DNA from: Okamejei kenojei
Taxonomy: Eukaryota
DNA length: 64,000 nucleotides
Direction: 5' to 3'
Assembly: GCA_035221665.1 (NCBI GenBank)
Contig: CM069147.1
Span: 1,550,001 to 1,614,000, forward strand
Part shown: in pieces, positions 60,349 to 64,000 of the stretch
Position numbering within the stretch: position 1 is the first letter of the stretch
Layout: each line of letters starts with the position of its first letter
Position numbers and translations under genes: made by a program
Notes under the pieces: model-generated
Told to the model about the DNA's origin: nothing
What the model saw: only the letters and a program-made list of their open reading frames with translations
Databases searched by the model: none

Positions 60349-60616
60349 GTAGGCCAAGCTGTCACCTTTGATTTTGGTGTCAGGGTTATTATTGGAACGT
60401 GTAGCCGAGCAGAATGAGCGCTGTGTTTGCTTGCTGTACAATCAGATCAGATATATATACCACAGAGATACAATAAGGTCAAGCTCATACTCCTTAGCCC
60501 AGACCCAGGAGTTACTTCCACAAGCATGGGGTGGATCTTCAATGGAGATAGCTAGCTGCCATGATGGATTTGTTAGCAGTTGTGGAAACCAGACCAATTT
60601 CCATTACCATTGAAAT

Positions 60617-61115
60617 GACAATAGACAATAGGTGCAGGAGTAGGCCATTCGGCCCTTCGAGCCAGCACCGCCATTCAATGTGATCATGGCTGATCATCCC
60701 CAATCAGTACCCCGTTCCTGCCTTCTCCCCATATCTCCTGACTCCGCTATCTTTAAGAGCCCTATCTAACTCTCTCTTGAAAGTATTCAGAGAACCGGCC
60801 TCCACCGCTCTCTGAGGCAGAGAATTCCACAGGCTCACATCTCTCTGTGAGAAAAAGTGTTTCCTCGTCTCCGTTTTAAATGGCTTACCCCTTATTCTTG
60901 AACTGTGGCCCCTGGTTCTGGACTCCCCCAACATTGGGAACATGTTTTCCTGCCCCTAGCGTGTCCAAACCCTTAACAATCTCATATGTTTCAATAAGAT
61001 TCCCTCTCATCCTTCTAAATTGCAGCGTATACAAGCCCAGCCGCTCCATTCTATCAACATATGACAGTCCCGCCATCCTGTAATTAACCTGGTGAACCTA
61101 CGCTGCACTCCCTCA
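60617..61115 (-). mobile_element. CR1 LINE 3' end
   Basis: ORFs 60885..61076 (LGLYTLQFRRMRGNLIETY) and 60704..60943 (FPMLGESRTRGH...FKRELD). Confidence 0.93.
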
Positions 61116-61572
61116 AATGAGTAAAAGTGAAGAAAGAGTAAGCACTTCCCATAACTAAGTGGTGTTGTGTCCCGTTGGCTAGTTGCTGATGGAAGTGTAT
61201 GACACAGGACTTGGAAATTGCCCTTTGCTGATCTTCCCCATCTTGGCCACATTGCATAGCTCTTAATGGATGTTCCAGTCTGTGGTTTGTGGGTATGGGG
61301 GGGGGGGGGGGGGGGGGGAACGAAGGGGGCTGATAAAGGTATGAATGATGCTGAATATTTATATAGGTATCTCGAGCAATATGTTTGAGGATAATTTTGA
61401 AGCGTTTGTTTTAAAACTCATGGTGTTTATTAGATGCCCGTTCCATCCGTATACGGACGTTTGTTGAGCTGTTAGTAGTGTGTGTTTGGTGGGAACAATG
61501 ATATTATCTAACATTCAAAGCTCTGATTCTGCTCAGTGATGAGATGGCTTCTACTGGTTGAAGTAAAATGCA

Positions 61573-61605
<33 letters not shown>

Positions 61606-61790
61606 GGGGGGAGGCAGGTCATCGTTCACATGAAGTGTCTCATCTTCATCAGCAGTCACCATTGTTCTGAGCTCTACTTTCACATTTTCACCGAATCCTG
61701 TTTGATGCCATCGCCATGAATGGTTTTTCGGGCAAGAGGTATAACGACAGCAAACATTTGTGTCTACAGATCGCCGATACCTGCAGTACC

Positions 61791-62112
61791 GTTTCCACTA
61801 GTGGGAGAGTCTAGGACTAGAGGGCGTAGCCCCAGGATTAAAGGCCGTTCCTTTAGGAAGGAGATGAGGAGGAATTTCTTTAGTCAGACGGTGGTGAATC
61901 TGTGGAATTCTTTGCCACACCAGACTGTGGAGGTCGTCAGTGAATATTTTAAAGGCGGATATAGATAGATTGTTGATTAGTACGGGTGTCGGGGGTTATG
62001 GGGAGAAGGCAGGAGAATGGGGTTAGGATGGAGAGATAGATCAGCCATGATTGAATGGCGGAGCAGACTTGATGGGCCGAATGGCCTAATTCTGCTCCTG
62101 TCACCTATGAAC
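61791..62112 (+). mobile_element. CR1 LINE 3' end
   Basis: FPLVGESRTRG...FRKEMRRNFFSQTVVNLWNSLP plus 3' UTR. Confidence 0.92.
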
Positions 62113-62859
62113 TTGTACCACTCCAAGAATAATGATGCTGTTGGAATAATGCACTAACTACTTGACAGAAATCTATCCAGCATTTAGTCAAGGGAGCCCA
62201 GAGTGTTAAAGTGTCAAATGTACCGCCAACTGAACAGTGAACTTGTTACTTGCAGCAGCTTAACAGGCTCATAAACACAATACATGTTTATAGAAAATAT
62301 ATCTGTATCATCATGGATAATATATAGTAAATAATATATAATAAATAAAAAATCAATCAATTAATCAACCAGCTGTGGCCTGCGCCAGATACTGGCAGAA
62401 CGACATCTGAGATTGCAACGGACTCGACGAAGAAGGATCAATTAATGACACCAATGCTGGTGCAAATAATCCTGAAGATCTTAGTGCAACCAAACAGGGT
62501 CGGGCCCCACTTCAATACGATACGATACGATACGATAGAACGTTATTTATCCCAGCGGGAAATTGGTCGAGGTTCAGAGTTGAGGTTAGTGTTGTGCGGT
62601 GTTCAAGGACCTGATGGTTGCTGGGAAAAGCTGTTCTTGAACCTGGTGGTCAGGGTTATCAGACTTCCTGTACCAGTTGGAGTGAAACGAGAGGGTGATG
62701 GGGTAAAGTGAAGCGTGAGGGTTGGTGGTTGAGTTGGGCATGCAGCAGGTGGAGCTGATGCTGCAGTTGTAAAGATCTCCGTTTGGTCTTATCCGAATGA
62801 TGGCTCCAGTTCTGGGCATCAGAGTTAGCAACACAATCATGGCCATAGAGTTGGTGCAG

Positions 62860-62968
62860 CGAGAGCACCGAGTACCTACGAGCGGCTATTGCCGTAATTC
62901 TCCGAGTTCGAATCAGGGGAAACTCTGGAAAACTCTTGAATTACCTCTTATAGTGGGACAGGCCCTTA
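62860..62968. mobile_element. One end of a Harbinger-like TIR element
   Basis: Ends AGTGGGACAGGCCCT-TAA, the same terminus as the 157-400 element; the partner TIR was not found. Confidence 0.5.
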
Positions 62969-63039
62969 AAATCTTCAGCAAGAACGGCACAGACTGGCTT
63001 GAACATCCTCGCGTATGGAAGATGAAGACTTGATCTAGT

Positions 63040-63178
63040 CAGAAGGTCATTAGTGATAGGAGTAGAATTAGACCAATCGGCCCATCAGGTCTACTCCGCC
63101 ATACAATCATGGCTGATCCATCCCTCCCTCCCAACCACATTCTCCTGTCTTTTCCCCATAACCCCCGACACCCGTACA
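63040..63178 (-). mobile_element. CR1 3' UTR fragment abutting the LTR
   Basis: GATAGGAGTAGAATTAG...CCATAACCCCCGACACCCGTAC. Confidence 0.85.
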
Positions 63179-63180
63179 TT

Positions 63181-63445
63181 TGGTTTAGATGATCGAACGA
63201 TGTGTGAGTGAAGATGAATTGTTTATTGGGGGCCCAATAATAAAAACACACTCATGGTGAAATCCAACCCTGCAATGTGTTTCACCAGCCAGCTGCTGGT
63301 GTCTGGCTTACTAACTAGTGTGCCCGAGCTAGAGAGACAGAGAGAGAGAGTCTTTGTGTAGTACCGTAATACTATGTAAAGGGTGGCATGCACATATGTG
63401 TGGTGAATGTTATAAATGGCATGAATTAATAAGGGTTAACCTACA
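63181..63445 (-). mobile_element. 3' LTR (~265 bp) of a Gypsy-type retrotransposon
   Basis: Minus strand: polypurine tract AGGAGGAAGGA (63456-63446) directly followed by TGTAGG..., with an internal AATAAA and ending ...AAACCA. Confidence 0.75.
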
Positions 63446-64000
63446 TCCTTCCTCCTAAAGAAGTAAAGCATATAGTGGTTAGTGGAGCAAATATAAAACA
63501 TCAGTATAAGGTGCGGTATTTATTATATTACTGCATATGAGAGGGCATAAACTAAACAGGTCATGCACAGTTCAGGTACAGCCAGTACATTTTCCAATTA
63601 GCGGGTTTGGCCTACAGACGCGACCTGCACGTGTACGCTAATAACCTCCAGCAGACACCTCATCCTTCGCTGGGGAAACAAGTCCCTTATTGGGTGAATA
63701 CGGAGGAGAAGCCACTGGTGGAGATTGGGGCACGGGGGAAGGCAAGGATGGAGCCGGCACTGGCAGAGGAATCGCTGGAGCAGCAATCGCAGAGCGTGAG
63801 GGAGACGTGGAGGTGCTGGTTGATTAACCGGAAGGAGTGTTGGCGGGTTCGCCGATAGATGCCGTTGTCAATACTGACCAGATACAAGCGTGGTTCCGCG
63901 GTGGACCCCAGAATGAGACCGAGGCGGTCGTAACCTCGGAGTGACCGCAAACGGCCAACCCGTCCCTTGTTGAGCGGTTGAAGCGGAGAGCTGGTTTTAT
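63446..64000 (-). mobile_element. Gypsy-type LTR retrotransposon, decayed integrase C-terminus (truncated by the window end)
   Basis: Minus-strand translation PLQPLNKGRVGRLRSLRGYDRLGLI...EPRLYLVSIDNGIYRRTRQH matches the PRSY...YRRNR motif after Gypsy integrase. It ends RTRAGRVCRPNP, followed by the PPT. Confidence 0.8.

Larger units (their letters stand above)
32650..64000 (+). other. First (long) intron of the teashirt gene, continuing past the window end
   Basis: GT donor at 32650, and no multi-kb zinc-finger ORF (TSHZ exon 2) in the remaining 31 kb. Confidence 0.75.

Overview
Vertebrate genomic DNA, almost certainly from a cartilaginous fish (skate/ray-like, inferred from HE1/V-SINE-type SINEs and CR1/HER1-type LINE tails), in a gapped assembly. 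The only host coding sequence I recognise is the 40-nt first coding exon of a teashirt zinc-finger gene (MPRRKQEAPRRSA, phase-1 donor; TSHZ1-like) at 32610-32649. It lies in a CpG-island/promoter complex (~26.2-32.8 kb). Everything downstream is its long first intron, with TALE/Hox-motif-rich candidate enhancers and a repeat-poor block. The rest is mobile DNA: tRNA-derived SINEs, CR1 and L2-like fragments, Penelope-like element (PLE) 3' ends, two TIR elements, the 3' end and LTR of a Gypsy-type element, and many minisatellites. The most interesting signal is a minimal hammerhead-ribozyme motif (CUGAAGA-A-stem II-GAAACGUC) in the PLE terminal repeat. It has spread as a short non-coding element in more than a dozen mostly decayed copies, and it has spawned 66-bp tandem arrays that keep only the GAAACGUC cleavage-site half. 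Family names rest on recalled consensus motifs, not database searches, and repeat boundaries are approximate.
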